Origin: Euglena gracilis
Taxonomy: Eukaryota
Direction: 5' to 3'
DNA length: 64,000 nucleotides
Assembly: GCA_039621445.1 (NCBI GenBank)
Contig: CP154954.1
Span: 13,200,716 to 13,264,715, forward strand
The first letter of the stretch is position 1, and the number at the start of each line of letters is the position of its first letter. The position numbers and the translations under genes were made by a program. The notes under the pieces were generated by a model, which worked only from the letters and a program-made list of their open reading frames with translations, had not been told where the DNA came from and did no database searches. Shown in pieces: positions 22,334 through 35,429 of this stretch.

Positions 22334-23615
22334 AAAACTGTAGATTTGGCATTTGTGCCTTGGGTGTGCAGCCTATAGGCTGAAGGGTTGGCATTAGCCA
22401 AAAATAATGGGGGGTAGGCTTTATCGCCCAGAAACATTGCCTTGCGGAATATGCATGGCACAAAAATACTACTGGGTGTATTCCCGAATCAAAAAAATTC
22501 GGCATATTGCCAAAAAGATCACACTGAGGTGTACAACCGCTGAAAAAATGCAGAATTGTGGCAGGCTGCTGCCAATTCACCGAACAAATGTGGTTAGGGT
22601 GGCTTATACCACTCTAAAAAAACCGCAAATGAACTGTGAATGCACACAAAAAGGTGGAACATTGTTCAAGTGCGGTGAAATTCATCACAAAAAGCTGGAT
22701 TTCACCATTTTTGAGCTATGGTTCTTATAAACCTTGCAGAAGGACACCATTGGTGTTGCACATGATGACCATTGGGTCCTCCGAATTATATCGGTAAGGG
22801 GGTCCCACTGAATAAAGTGGGGGGGTCCGAACCATATCGGTAAGGGGGTCCCACTGCATAAAGTGGGGGGGGGGCAAGAATGCCGTTAGTGTGGTCAGCA
22901 GAAAAAAATACTGCAAATATGACAAAATCTCATCATTTGTGACTATGCCACTGAGAAATACTGACTTTTGTCAGATTTTTAGGGAAATCCCTATCAGGAT
23001 TTAGGGCAGAAATGCAGATTCTGCGTCGAGAATTGCATTTTTGTAACCAAAAGTGCAACTTTGTTGCATTTTGAGTCATTTAAGACTGCAAATTAGCCAA
23101 GTGCACATAGTGCTTGTTGAGAGTGTCCAATAACACTGCATGTTTGCTGTTGTTTTACAGATTTTGGGACTTGGGTGTCTAATAACACCACATCACCCAA
23201 AAAGCTGTAAAATTGTGCAAAAATATCGCAAAAAAAGCAAAAATACGCTTAAAAAAACAAGTAAAACATGTCTATGACATCTTGAGCAAAGGAAAAATTG
23301 CTAATATCAGCATATACCTTTGCACTCCATTCTGGCATAGTGCCTCATGGTCACTCCCATTAGGGATATGAGTGCCAGAATAGGGAAAAATCACCAAAAA
23401 TTGCAGAAAAGCAATGATTTAAATGCAAATTTGCACATAAGTGCTCCCAAAAATGGTTCTAGTGAGTCGAAATGACTCCAAATTGTGGGCTATAGCCCTC
23501 TGAATTGTACCAGGCCTAATGGCCCGTACAGAGGGGGTAATGGGCAGAATGCTGCCAAAGGTACTAAAAAATGGCCATTAGCCCATCTGGTAACCAATGG
23601 TAATTAGCCATCAGA

Positions 23616-24704
23616 AACGATGTGGGGAACAGTATAGAAGCCTTTCAGGCTGATTTGCCAGTCTGGTACACGATCGTACAAGATCTGGCTCAAAATTTGG
23701 CTTTTGGCCAGATTGGCTTGGCTTAATTCAATTTTTCACGATCTCCTCAAATAAGAGTACCGTGTGGAGTTACAGCGATCTGTTTGCACCGCTGGACGGC
23801 TCATCGAACGAGCTTTCGAATGAGGGGTAACATGGCCTATCGGCCAGCTACAGGCGCTGAGATACGTCTTTGATCTTTTGCCTGTGTGAGTGAGCTTTTG
23901 CTATAAGCTCCCATAATTTATTCTACAAAGACAACTTTTGGTTTCTATGTCATACGCACTACGACATACAGTCAAAACCTCATGGTACGAGGTGCCAGAA
24001 ATTTTGAAGCTTTTGTGGTGATTTTGAGGCTATGCCAAAGTGACACTTATGCAAATCTGCATAAAACTGGCCTATTTGGCTTGTTTTGGCCAATTCAGCC
24101 ACTTTCAGCCATGTAATATGGCTTTTTGTGCCATTTTTTGAGGTCCTATGGACTTTTCACTTTATAATATGGATTTGTGGGCCTTTGGTCCTTTTGGTCC
24201 TTGCATTTTGTACAAATTGGTCCTATGGACCCATGGACCACATGGGTAATGGCCCATAGGCCTTGCACATCATAGGGTGTATTGGTCACATAGAACTGAG
24301 GCAAGTGGTCAAGTCCACAAAATCCATTCATGTTTGAATGAATTTTCTTCATTTTCTTTTGGGGGGGGGGCAACTATGTTGCACATAAAAGAAATGAAAT
24401 TGTGAGCATTTTCCCATATCGGGATTGCATTTTGCCAAAGTATAAGCCATTTAGGCACAAAACTGCTATTTAAGCACAAGTTGTATAAGTTTTCGGGAAA
24501 AATGCAGTATTTGCAATACATCCCAAAAACTTTATCACGTGACTTGTGTTGCTCTATAGAGCTTTGGGAACACCAAAATATTTTTGGTGTGGGAATCGAT
24601 TGAGCAAAGAACCGTATTCACATAAAACTTCACTTCTTGTTTGCTGTCATCAAACAAAATCTGCAATTTGATCCTGTGGTACAGAAACAAACATCCCTGA
24701 ACAG
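23616..24704. repeat. AT-rich interspersed repeat, copy 2; probably extends left to ~22334
   Basis: Direct repeat of 1-1091. Confidence 0.85.
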
Positions 24705-24711
24705 GGCTGAA

Positions 24712-25845
24712 TAGGGCTACTGCCCGCTATTCTGAGGTATACACCTCTGGGGATACCCCATCGACAACACCGTGCTCGCGCTGCACTGTGAAGACTTCAC
24801 AGCGGTATATGCCGCCAGTAAGAAGACGCACAGCGTACAGCGCGCACACCGCAATAATAGCCCCAACTTGTTACTTTTCGGCCTTAAGGCCCCCGTAAGA
24901 CTGCCAGACAGCAAAAATTCTTTGTAAGGTCTTTAGACCAGCCCCCCACTCCTCTCCCCTTTTCCCCCCCCGGGCAAAATCGCTGTCGCCGGCAGTTGGT
25001 TTTGTAAATAGGCTTTCTTCCCTGGTCAGGTATGACTGGCCAGGTGCCCCCTCTTCCACACCCACCCGAGAATTCGCTTTCCGATCATGGAATACACCAC
25101 CCCAAGTGCCATAGGCACACCCAAACCTTGGAGGATGGGATTTCTGGAAAGAAAACCTTCCAGCCCCACTTTCCAAGCGGGCTCTTCCACTTCCACCCCT
25201 TTACCGCAATAAGTAGTTACCCGCATAAGCGGGTAAACTCTTTTGCGCGTTTTGGGTTTTTGGGTTCCCCTCTCTTCCTTCCTTCCCTTTCTGGTTTTTT
25301 TACCTTGTGATGGAGAAGCAGACCCAAGATATGCTTTCCTGGTGAATGTTCCTCTATCTCACGGCCTTGCCTGTGTCCTTGCTGGCCTGGTCCAGTAAGG
25401 AAATCGGGCAAAGCCCTGGGAGGGGGATGTGTACCAGGCAGCATGAACATGGCACTGTGCATAGCAGCAAACTGCAAAATGCACAATGTCATGCCAGATA
25501 GTACTATTCCATGTTCTGCAATACAAATTGCAGAATTAGGAATAGCCTATCCTATCTCGGATCTGCCTTCTCTTTTCACAGGTGGTATTATTGTTTTGTT
25601 TTGTGTTTCACAAGCCCAAAAGGGCAAATCGAAGAATTGAAGACTTGAACTCCGATAGGAGAACACAACTGGAACTGAAGTTCCAAAATCACACCTGGTT
25701 TGCCTTGTGCTCTGCATAAGCCCAAAGGCAATAAAAACTAATAGTTAAGTGAAAGACTTTCTTTTTTGTTACTCTCCTGGTTCTGTTCCCACGGGAGGGT
25801 GTAAGTAGGCCGACAGGCAGTGGGAATAGAGTCAGGGGACGTACA
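24712..25845 (+). repeat. Right arm of inverted repeat (3' UTR, PPT, LTR-B 25428-25845), followed by a PBS at 25848-25860
   Basis: gggaggggga-tgtgtaccagg...ggggacgtaca-ct-tggtagcagaggg. Confidence 0.88.
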
Positions 25846-25886
25846 CTTGGTAGCAGAGGGTTTCGCTTGGCTTTCTCTTGAAAACC

Positions 25887-26305
25887 AATGTGGGGGGATG
25901 CTCGACAGAGCTGGACACCGTTAGGTGTGGCACCCATTGGGTGGGGGGTTGCTCAATAGAGCTGTGGGGGGAATGCTCGATAGAGCTGGAAAACGGGGTG
26001 GGGGAGTGATCGGTAGAGCTGAAAATTACGGTAAGGGGATGCTCAATAGAGCTGAAAACTGGGGTGGGCGGGTGCTCAATAGAGCTGGAAACCACTAGTG
26101 TGGGGGGATGCTCAATAGAGCTGGAAACCATTGGGGTGGGGGCATGCTCAATAGAGCTGGGAGTTGCCCCATATAGGGCCACACACCTGGGTTGGAGCAT
26201 ATACTCCTGCGACAAATCTTCATCAAACTTTCTCAAGGAACTAATCAAAGTGTTTGATGTGTTGGTGCTTGAGCTCTGCGTATTTTTATTTATTTGCAGA
26301 AACAA
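25887..26305 (-). pseudogene. gag: Truncated 5' end of family B gag (SSIEH repeat region)
   Basis: Homologous to ~5275-5750. Confidence 0.85.
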
Positions 26306-26957
26306 ACACAGTCAAACCCCAAAAAGTAAGCAAAGGAACAAACTTGGAAGGATGTGGCAGCGTATACTGCCCAGAGCCTCCTGAAGCTCGTACCTGTGCT
26401 TAGAAGTTGGCTCCAAACAGCTCGTGGATGCTTTGTAGCCTATAGGCTCAGCACCACTCACTGTTTGAAGTCACCTGTTAAGATGAGGGGGAGAAGGGGG
26501 GAGAAGGGGCGTAGGAAAGAAACCAAATCTGCTACCAAGTGTACGTCCCCTGACTCTATTCCCACTGCCTGTCGGCCTACTTACACCCTCCCGTGGGAAC
26601 AGAACCAGGAGAGTAACAAAAAAGAAAGTCTTTCACTTAACTATTAGTTTTTATTGCCTTTGGGCTTATGCAGAGCACAAGGCAAACCAGTTGGGATTTT
26701 GGAACTTCAGTTCCAGTTGTGCTCTCCTATCGGAGTTCAAATCTTCAAATCTTTGATTTGCCCTTTTGGGCTTGTGGAACACAAAACAAAGCAATAATAC
26801 CACCTGTGAAAAGAGAAGGCAGATCCGAGATAGGATAGGCTATTCCTAATTCTGCAATTTGTATTGCAGAACATGGAATAGTACTATCTGGCATGACATT
26901 GTACATTTTGCAGTCTGCTGCTATGCACAGTGCCATGTTCATGCTGCCTGGTACACA

Positions 26958-29197
26958 ATATACCTGTGACAGCAACGCCTGTCCCGACGGCTGAGCCTCA
27001 ACCCGAGGTGACTGGTATGGTCGTCGACGATATCCTCGAAGAACCTACCAGCCCCGCAGCACGCACCTCATTAGGAGGCCGCGTGCTCGGCGCCGTAGTC
27101 ACCGGCATTACTGCCGTGGCTGCTGCACTAACGCCACGAGGTGGAGGCGTAGCATCAAGCTCCGCCGCTGAGGTCGTGGAGATGCCGGATGTCGGCGTCC
27201 CTGCACCCCCATCTCCGGCAGAAGTGCAACCACCGTTAGGGGATGAACCCCTGCCGACAGAGACATCTGTCGCACCGGCTACAACGGAGGTTCAACCTCC
27301 CGTAGCACCTGCGCCAGCGGTTGTGGAGGATCAACCTCCTCGACCGGATGTCGAAATGGAAGTGGAGGAGATACCCCCACGACCACCGACACCGCGCAGG
27401 ATCCCTGCCGTCCCGAGGACAATGGCAGAGTTTATGGGAGTGTCAGCGCCTGTGGAAGCACCGATTCCGGTGACGACCACAGCACCACGCCCCGTCGGGC
27501 AGGATGACCCTGCTCGGCGCAGGGCGACTGAACAACCCCAGGAACGAGTGCCGACCCCTCGGAGCGTCATGCGCGATCCAGCGGTCATTATGCCCGCTTC
27601 GCCCAGACGGCAAACGTCTGCTCCGGCACCATCGGCTCCTGATACCAGGAGTAAGCTACAGGCGTCGCCTCCTGATTCCGGGAGAGCGAAGCCGAAAGGA
27701 GGCAAACCGGGTGCTGCACCCTGTAAACCCCCTGCCAAAGGCGGTGATGGGAAACCACCACTGAAAGGTAGCGCTGGAGGTCAGACTGGCGGACAGTCGA
27801 AAGGCCCTACGACAATGCACGACTATTCGGCCGTTACATCGTCCGGGTACGGCAAGAGCAAACCGAAAGGTAAGGCTCATGGTCGACAGGCCCAATCTTC
27901 CGCCGGATCGACGGATGAGGAGCAGGATGAACCTTCTTCACCTCCCGTGTCTGCGGATGCCCAGCTCTGGACTCAGGATATCCTGACCAGACTAGGCACC
28001 GTGGAAGAGAGGACGAAGAAACTGGCTGCTATTAGGCACCAGAAAGGGTCACATAATCGATAGATTCAGCCCCTCTTCGTCCGAGGAGAACCTTTCCACT
28101 ATGTCCCGGAACATACCTGGACATTCTGGAACAGGCGCTCACCCAGAGTACTGGCACAGTACTTTGGCGAGGATTGTGTGTTGGATTTCCAGCACGGCAC
28201 GTCCTTTGCCTGGACGTGCACCGTGTGCCACCATCTGCGGCACTACCAACCGCTTGTGCATGTGTGCAAGCGGCAGGTGCAATCCACGACGTTCCATCAC
28301 AGGGCATATGTGCCGAACTGTGTGGCGCTCGTATGTGGTGAGTGCCTGAAAGCCTGGAAGCACAGCTTGAACTACTCCTACAGTGAGAATGCTCACGACA
28401 GGGATATACCTGCCTTGTGCATCAACTGTACAGGGGCCAAGTTCGTGCAGACTGCTGATGGAGCAGTCACCACCATTGTCCCCCAGCACTTGGAGACACT
28501 GGAGAAGTGGAAGAAGGAGTACAAGCAGGTGGAAGGCCGCCTGAACCACTCCGACTTCCGAAAGGTAGAAAGCTACCGCCACACGGGAATGGCCCGTGAG
28601 TTCCAGACAAACGCTGGGGCAATGCGCCTCGCCGTCGAGGAACACGCCAAGGTAAGAATGCCTTACCTCTGGACCGATGGCGACTGGGAGACACAGGTTT
28701 ACCCCCTGTTCTCCAAGCGTCAGCACAGCGGATACGCCTTGCCACTGTGGCCTCCTGAAGAACACGATTTAGTGGACTTCAGAGGTTGGTTGGCGGCTGT
28801 ATTACGGCCCCATACTGCAAGAGCTCGGACAGCGAAGTGGATGTATGACATCAACTTCAAGCAAACCCCGGGGATGCCCCCGCAGGTGTCTGCGAATCAC
28901 CCCCGGATGAATTACATCATCTGGCCGGTGATGCTGCCCAGAATTTTCTGGGAACAGCTCCAACGGTACCTTCAGCACATTGCTGACCGTACCAGGGAGA
29001 AGCTGCCGGACAGTTGGATCAAGGACTGGGAGACCCCATCCTTTGATGTCAAAGATCCGGAGCACAACACCATCCGGAGCGAATCAGCTCCGCAGCGTTC
29101 CCCACGCCAACTGGAGTTGGTTGAGGACCCATTAGGGGACCCTCAACACGACTATTGGCGTGCGGTGCGCGAACGCCCAGCCGATAAAGGCAGGTGA
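26958..29197 (+). pseudogene. Unknown ORF3, 3' part; premature TAG at 28061
   Basis: Collinear with other units; ends RERPADKGR*. Confidence 0.85.
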
Positions 29198-29299
29198 GGT
29201 GGCTGTAAGCGCCAATGCGGCGTCTTTCAGAAACCTCGTCAGGTATTTGCCTGACACCCTGTTCGGGTATTTGCCCGAACACCCCTTCGAAGACCCTTT

Positions 29300-32200
29300 G
29301 CGGTATATATATTATATACCGCCCGAAAGGCAATGGTAGAGCCGAGGCAGCCGTGAAATCCGTTGTCAATATGCTTCGCCTTTCACTGGATGACTCGGGT
29401 AAGAATTGGTTATCCGTTCTTCATTGGTGTTTATTTTACATCAATACGTTGCCAGGGTTGGTATTAGCACACTCACCGTACAAAATTGTTTTCGGACGAG
29501 ACCCTCCGGCCATAGGGGATATCCCCTCGGAGAGACCCGCCCGAAGTAGTGTCAGCTGTGAAACGTGGTTTGCAGAAGTGGAATCACTCTTGGAAGCTGT
29601 GGAACAAGCGCAATAACATAGACATAAACATAAACACTTTCTGAAACGATTTCGTTTCGGAGAATGTGTGTGTTTTATGTGAATGTTTCGCGTTTATACC
29701 CCCCCCTGCACTCATCTTCTGTCTTTCTCACAGAGTTTTTGATTAGACAGAAGCCTTCTTTTTTCAGTGCACCAGCACTCAAAGCTACTGACAAAAAGGT
29801 TTCCCTTCGCTGCAGTCGTCGTTCCGGTAGCATCATGCTGCCTGGGCGCGGACCTGGACCAGGTCCACCATGGCCGCAGCCTCCGGGTGCCCCACATGCT
29901 GAGAGGGTTTCAGCCCCGGTATTCGCCGCGGCTACCAGTAGCCGGTCCGCATATGCGTCACCAGATCCATCTGCCGTCCAGCAGCCGGCACCCCAGCCAC
30001 CAGTGCAGCGCAGATTGCGCCTGCCCCCGTATGCGGGAGAGATGATCTTCCGCACTACGGAGACTTTGGAGCGGGCGATGTGTATGTGCGCACACCCCCC
30101 AACGGATCCCTTTATGGAAGCCCTTTGGGATGCATACTGTGCTCAGTTGTTGGTGGTAACCAACACGCCTGTGGCTCAGTGGTGTCCCTGTGGTCAAGCC
30201 CTGATGACGGGGAGACAGTATTTCTCGTGGGCATCCGATTCCGGATTCAAGCCTGGCGAAACAATGATGGACCTTGGCGTGTATGTGCCGCCCATGCTGC
30301 AAACGCAGAGGACGGTGGGATCCCACACCGTGCATATGCGTGAGCATACGCCCCCACCGGTATGTGAGGCTGTGCATGTCCCACCTGGGATGACGACAAT
30401 TTTTGCTCGCCCGCCCTCGCTGCAGCGAATGCCCCCGCGCGAGCCGCCAGCGGAGCAATTTGTCTCGCAGTACGCGACGCACGCGGATTACCCGCGCGGC
30501 GCACGCGTGCTCCCAGCCGGACAGTCGGACGTGCCCCCTGAGGCATACATCCATCACATGTTCGTGCACTGGATGCCACAGGCATCACCGGTCGCCCCTG
30601 CCCCTGGCGTTGAGCCACGGCGGCAGGTGGAGTCCATAGTGGTGGAGGATGAACCTCCCCACAGTGTGGCAGCCTGACCGCCCAGTGCACCTCCTGTCCA
30701 GACCGGGGATATCCCCCGTCGGCAGGAGGCTCCCCACTACCACATGGCACCTCCGGGAACCGAGCAGGATGAGCTTGCTCGGCACTTCCTGCAGGAGCCA
30801 GTATTCGCGTCTGAAGAGCACCGGACGAGGTATTACGCCTCTCTGGCTGCCCTTCAGGGATACACGCCCTACCATCCGTACCAGCCGCAGCTGCGGGTGG
30901 CAACCCCGGTTTTACCCGGTGAGCCCCCGGCAGGTGTGGCAGTATTACCTGCCACCCTGAAGCGCGACAGGGCTACGGAGAACCTTACCACACAGCCCAG
31001 GCGACCCGAGCCAAGGGACGCGGAAGGCGGTGTGGCGATGCAGGTGGAAGCCAGCCAGGATACCCCGACTGGACGACCACCGGCAGAGGCACAGGTGGCG
31101 ATGAGCCGTCCTGTTGCCGCAATGCCACCGCCGATCCCTCCGGTATGGAAGGAGCCGCGACCCCCTGCGTCGAAGCCAATCCCACGCCAGGCTCCTAGCC
31201 AACGCCCAGCCACGCCATCACCGCGACGTGCAGCAGGTCGGCAAGATCCCTCCCAAGAGATGGAATGGGAAGGAACCGAACCGACTGCGGCACCGAGCGC
31301 CTGACCCTCTGGTATTCGCCAGATGGGGAAGGACACTGGCAAGGCTGAGGGCAAAGGCAAAGGAGAAGGCAAAGGCGTTTGCCGGCAAAGGTAAGGGTGA
31401 GGGCAAAGGTGAGGGTAAAGGTAAGGGTACAGGACGTGAGGAGGAAGAAGAACCAGCGGAAGTCCTCTCGGACTTTGAGCAAATGCTCAGGTTCAAGGAG
31501 GAGCTGGAGGACGAAGGCTGGCGAATGCAGCATGATTACCATGTTGCAGGAAACCGCCCCGTCACCCCTCCACAAGCTGTCATCGATGTGGTATTACACC
31601 ACACCGAGAACAGAGTCAGACAATTCCATTACGGAATTGATCTGTACGCCTTCGAAGGTGAAGGTGGCAGACCGTTGCTGGATGCCCAGCCAGGTTTGTG
31701 GGAGCTCTGGTTTTGGCTGGGATACCCCTGCCAGAACTGGGGTCTCTTCAGCGATTCCACTGGTCGCAGTTACCTGCACCAGTTATGATTCCGGGACCAG
31801 CATGTGTTGGCCCGGAGGCTGAAGGCCTACTTCGAATGTATTCACTCGGTAGGACCCCTCGGAGTCCAGTGGAAATACTACCCCCTGAACCCCGACATCG
31901 AACGCCTGATCGAGGTGTTGTGGTGCAACAACCTCCAGGTTTGGCTGGTGAGCCATTACGGCTCCACCTTCCGCGTTAAGCGTGTTTCCCTGGCTTACCC
32001 ACAGAGGTATGACCTCTGTTGTAAGTACTGCGGGCAGGAATTTCCTGTCGACTTCTGGGGATTCGGCGTCCGCGGAAGTCCTCCACCGCCTCATAACCCG
32101 GGCCTGGAGATGGGACGCCGCATGCTTATGCATGTGTGCCGCGACGCCCCGGATCTCCAGGGCAAAAGTCACCGCGTCCGCAAGCAGCGTGTTTTTATGC

Positions 32201-35200
32201 TGCACCAGTTCTGGTGGCGAGCCTGGACCACCTACGTCATGGAGGTGTATGTACATCTCTGTGACACCCAGGACGACAGGCCTGGTATGGAAAGCTTGCC
32301 ACCGGACTACGGCGATCCCATTGAGGGTCCTCGTCGTCGTCGGGTCATCGCCGACCTGCGCCGCAACTGGCACCTGGCTGATATCAGCCTGGAAGAACAC
32401 TTGCGGCGACAGTTCGGCGGTACCCTCGACCGGGAGGTATTCCTCCAGTTGATGATGCACCCGAAGGCCGTCCTCGACCTGCGTATGCCGATTCTGGCAT
32501 GCGTTCAGGAGTTAAAGGAGGGCTTTTTCGAGGTCAGGGAGGATACGCGTTACCTCGGATTCCTGGGCCCGAACAGGCCTGCGAACGCCTGGGTGCAGCC
32601 ATCATGGCCGCCACCCTGGCCCAACAGCGTCAGCAGCAGTACGCTGGCCTTTTACAGGCTGGCGGATACTCAGGGATGCCGATGGCATCCCGACGATCCT
32701 CGTTCGCCCGAGAATCTGCGTGCCTTCATCGCCCCGGAGGATGAACCTCTGGCGCGAAGGAGACGTGAGGCGTCAGTCGCTTCCACCACCGCGATTCCGC
32801 GGCGGGAGGAACGCGAACGCAGCCCCTCCGTCACCATTCTGGAGGCAGCGCCGCCGTCTCCGACAGGAACGGCTGTATCCTTGGTCTCTGCCCCGCGAGC
32901 GGCAGGGGAACGATCAGTTTCCCCGGCCCCCGCGGCGGCTCCCGTCTATCCACCGGTAGGTGGGGACGAGGAACTCCCTCAGGAAGGCGAGAACGTGAAG
33001 GATATCCTCTACGCTGCTCTACCTGCACCGGCACAGCCTCGGCCAGACGAAGCACCCACAGAGGATATACCTGTGACAGCAACGCCTGTCCCGACGGCTG
33101 AGCCTCAACCCGAGGTGACTGGTATGGTCGTCGACGATATCCTCGAAGAACCTACCAGCCCCGCAGCACGCACCTCATTAGGAGGCCGCGTGCTCGGCGC
33201 CGTAGTCACCGGCATTACTGCCGTGGCTGCTGCACTAACGCCACGAGGTGGAGGCGTAGCATTAAGCTCCGCCGCTGAGGTCGTGGAGATGCCGGATGTC
33301 GCCGTCCCTGCACCCCCATCTCCGGCAGAAGTGCAACCACCGTTAGGGGATGAACCCCTGCCGACAGAGACATCTGTCGCACCGGCCACAACGGAGGTTC
33401 AACCTCCCGTAGCACCTGCGCCAGCGGTTGTGGATGATCAACCTCCTCGACCGGATGTCGAAATGGAAGTGGAGGAGATACCCCCACGACCACCGACACC
33501 GCGCAGGATCCCTGCCGTCCCGAGGACAATGGCAGAGTTTATGGGAGTGTCAGCGCCTGTGGAAGCACCGATTCCGGTGACGACCACAGCACCACGCCCC
33601 GTCGGGCAGGATGACCCTGCTCGGCGCAGGGCGGCTGAACAACCCCAGGAACGAGTGCCGACCCCTCGTAGCGTCATGCGCGATCCAGCGGTCATTATGC
33701 CTGCTTCGCCCAGACGGCAAACGTCTGCTCCGGCACCATCGGCTCCTGATACCAGGAGTAAGCTACAGGCGTCGCCTCCTGATTCCGGGAGTGCGAAGCC
33801 GAAAGGAGGCAAACCGGGTGCTGCACCCTGTAAACCCCCTGCCAAAGGCGGTGATGGGAAACCACCACCGAAAGGTAGCGCTGGAGGTCAGACTGGCGGA
33901 CAGTCGAAAGGCCCTACGACAATGCACGACTATTCGGCCGTTACATCGTCCGGGTACGGCAAGAGCAAACCGAAAGGTAAGGCTCATGGTCGACAGGCCC
34001 AATCTTCCGCCGGATCGACGGATGAGAAGCAGGACGAACCTTCTTCACCTCCCGTGTCTGCGGATGCCCATCTCTGGACTCAGGATATCCTGACCAGACT
34101 AGGCACCGTGGAAGAGAGGACGAAGAAACTGGCTGCTATTAGGCACCAGAAAGGGTCACATAATCGATGGATTCAGCCCCTCTTCGTCCGAGGAGAACCT
34201 TTCCACTATGTCCCGGAACATACCTGGACATTCTGGAACAGGCGCTCACCCAGAGTTCTGGCACAGTACTTTGGCGAGGATTGTGTGTTGGATTTCCAGC
34301 ACGGCACGTCATTTGCCTGGACGTGCACCGTGTGCCACCATCTGCGGCACTACCAACCGCTTGTGCATGTGTTTAAGCGGCAGGTGCAACCCACGACGTT
34401 CCATCACAGGGCATATGTGCCGAACTGTGTGGCGCTCGTATGTGGTGAGTGCCTGAAAGCCTGGAAGCACAGCTTGAACTACTCCTACAGTGAGAATGCT
34501 CACGACAGGGATATCCCTGCCTTGTGCATCAACTGTACAGGGGCCAAGTTCGTGCAGACTGCTGATGGAGCAGTCACCACCATTGTCCCCCAGCACTTGG
34601 AGACACTGGAGAAGTGGAAGAAGGAGTACAAGCAGGTGGAAGGCCGCCTGAACCACTCCGACTTCCGAAAGGTAGAAAGCTACCGCCACACGGGAATGGC
34701 CCGTGAGTTCCAGATCGACGCTGGGGCAATGCGCCTCGCCGTCGAGGAACACGCCAAGGTAAGAATGCCTTACCTCTGGACCGATGGCGACTGGGAGACA
34801 CAGGTTTACCCCCTGTTCTCCAAGCGTCAGCACGGCAGATACGCCTTGCCACTGTGGCCTCCTGAAGAACACGATTTAGTGGACTTCAGAGGTTGGTTGG
34901 CGGCTGTATTACGGCCCCATACTGCAAGAGCTCGGACAGCGAAGTGGATGTATGACATCAACTTCAAGCAGACCCCGGGGATGCCCCCGCAGGTGTCTGC
35001 GAATCACCCCCGGATGAATTACATCATCTGGCCGGTGATGCTGCCCAGAATTTTCTGGGAACAGCTCCAACGGTACCTTCAGCACATTGCTGACCGTACC
35101 AGGGAGAAGCTGCCGGACAGTTGGATCAATGACTTGGAGACCCCATCCTTTGATGGCAAAGATCCGGAGCACAACACCATCCGGAGCGAATAAGCTCCGC

Positions 35201-35406
35201 AGCGTTCCCCACGCCAACTGGAGTTGGTTGAGGACCCATTAGGGGACCCTCAACACGACTATTGGCGTGAGGTGCGCGAACGCCCAGCCGATAAAGGCAG
35301 GTGAGGTGGCTGTAAGCGCCAATGCGGCGTCTTTCAGAAACCTCGTCAGGAATTTGCCTGACACCCTGTTCGGGTATTTGCCCGAACACCCCTTCGAAGA
35401 CCCTTT
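29300..35406 (+). repeat. Uninterrupted tandem array unit (6107 bp; carries ~470-bp and 45-bp deletions relative to the ~6.6-kb consensus)
   Basis: Junction gcggtatatatattatataccgc at 29300 and 35407; integrase fragment then ORF3 (29835-35304), including a 1129-aa open stretch at 31804-35193. Confidence 0.92.
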
Positions 35407-35429
35407 GCGGTATATATATTATATACCGC

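Larger units (their letters stand above)
21203..26957 (-). mobile_element. Rearranged family B LTR structure: 3' LTR and 3' UTR, AT-rich filler, inverted UTR+LTR copy, truncated gag 5' end, PBS, 5' LTR
   Basis: LTRs at 21203-21620 (PPT 21621-21630), 25428-25845 (inverted) and 26540-26957 (PBS 26519-26537); no pol sequence recognised. Confidence 0.8.

Noticed and set aside
29835-35304. ORF3 as an envelope protein or a host gene family
   Set aside because: No visible signal peptide or transmembrane helix, and it is linked to the element's UTR and LTR in two places.
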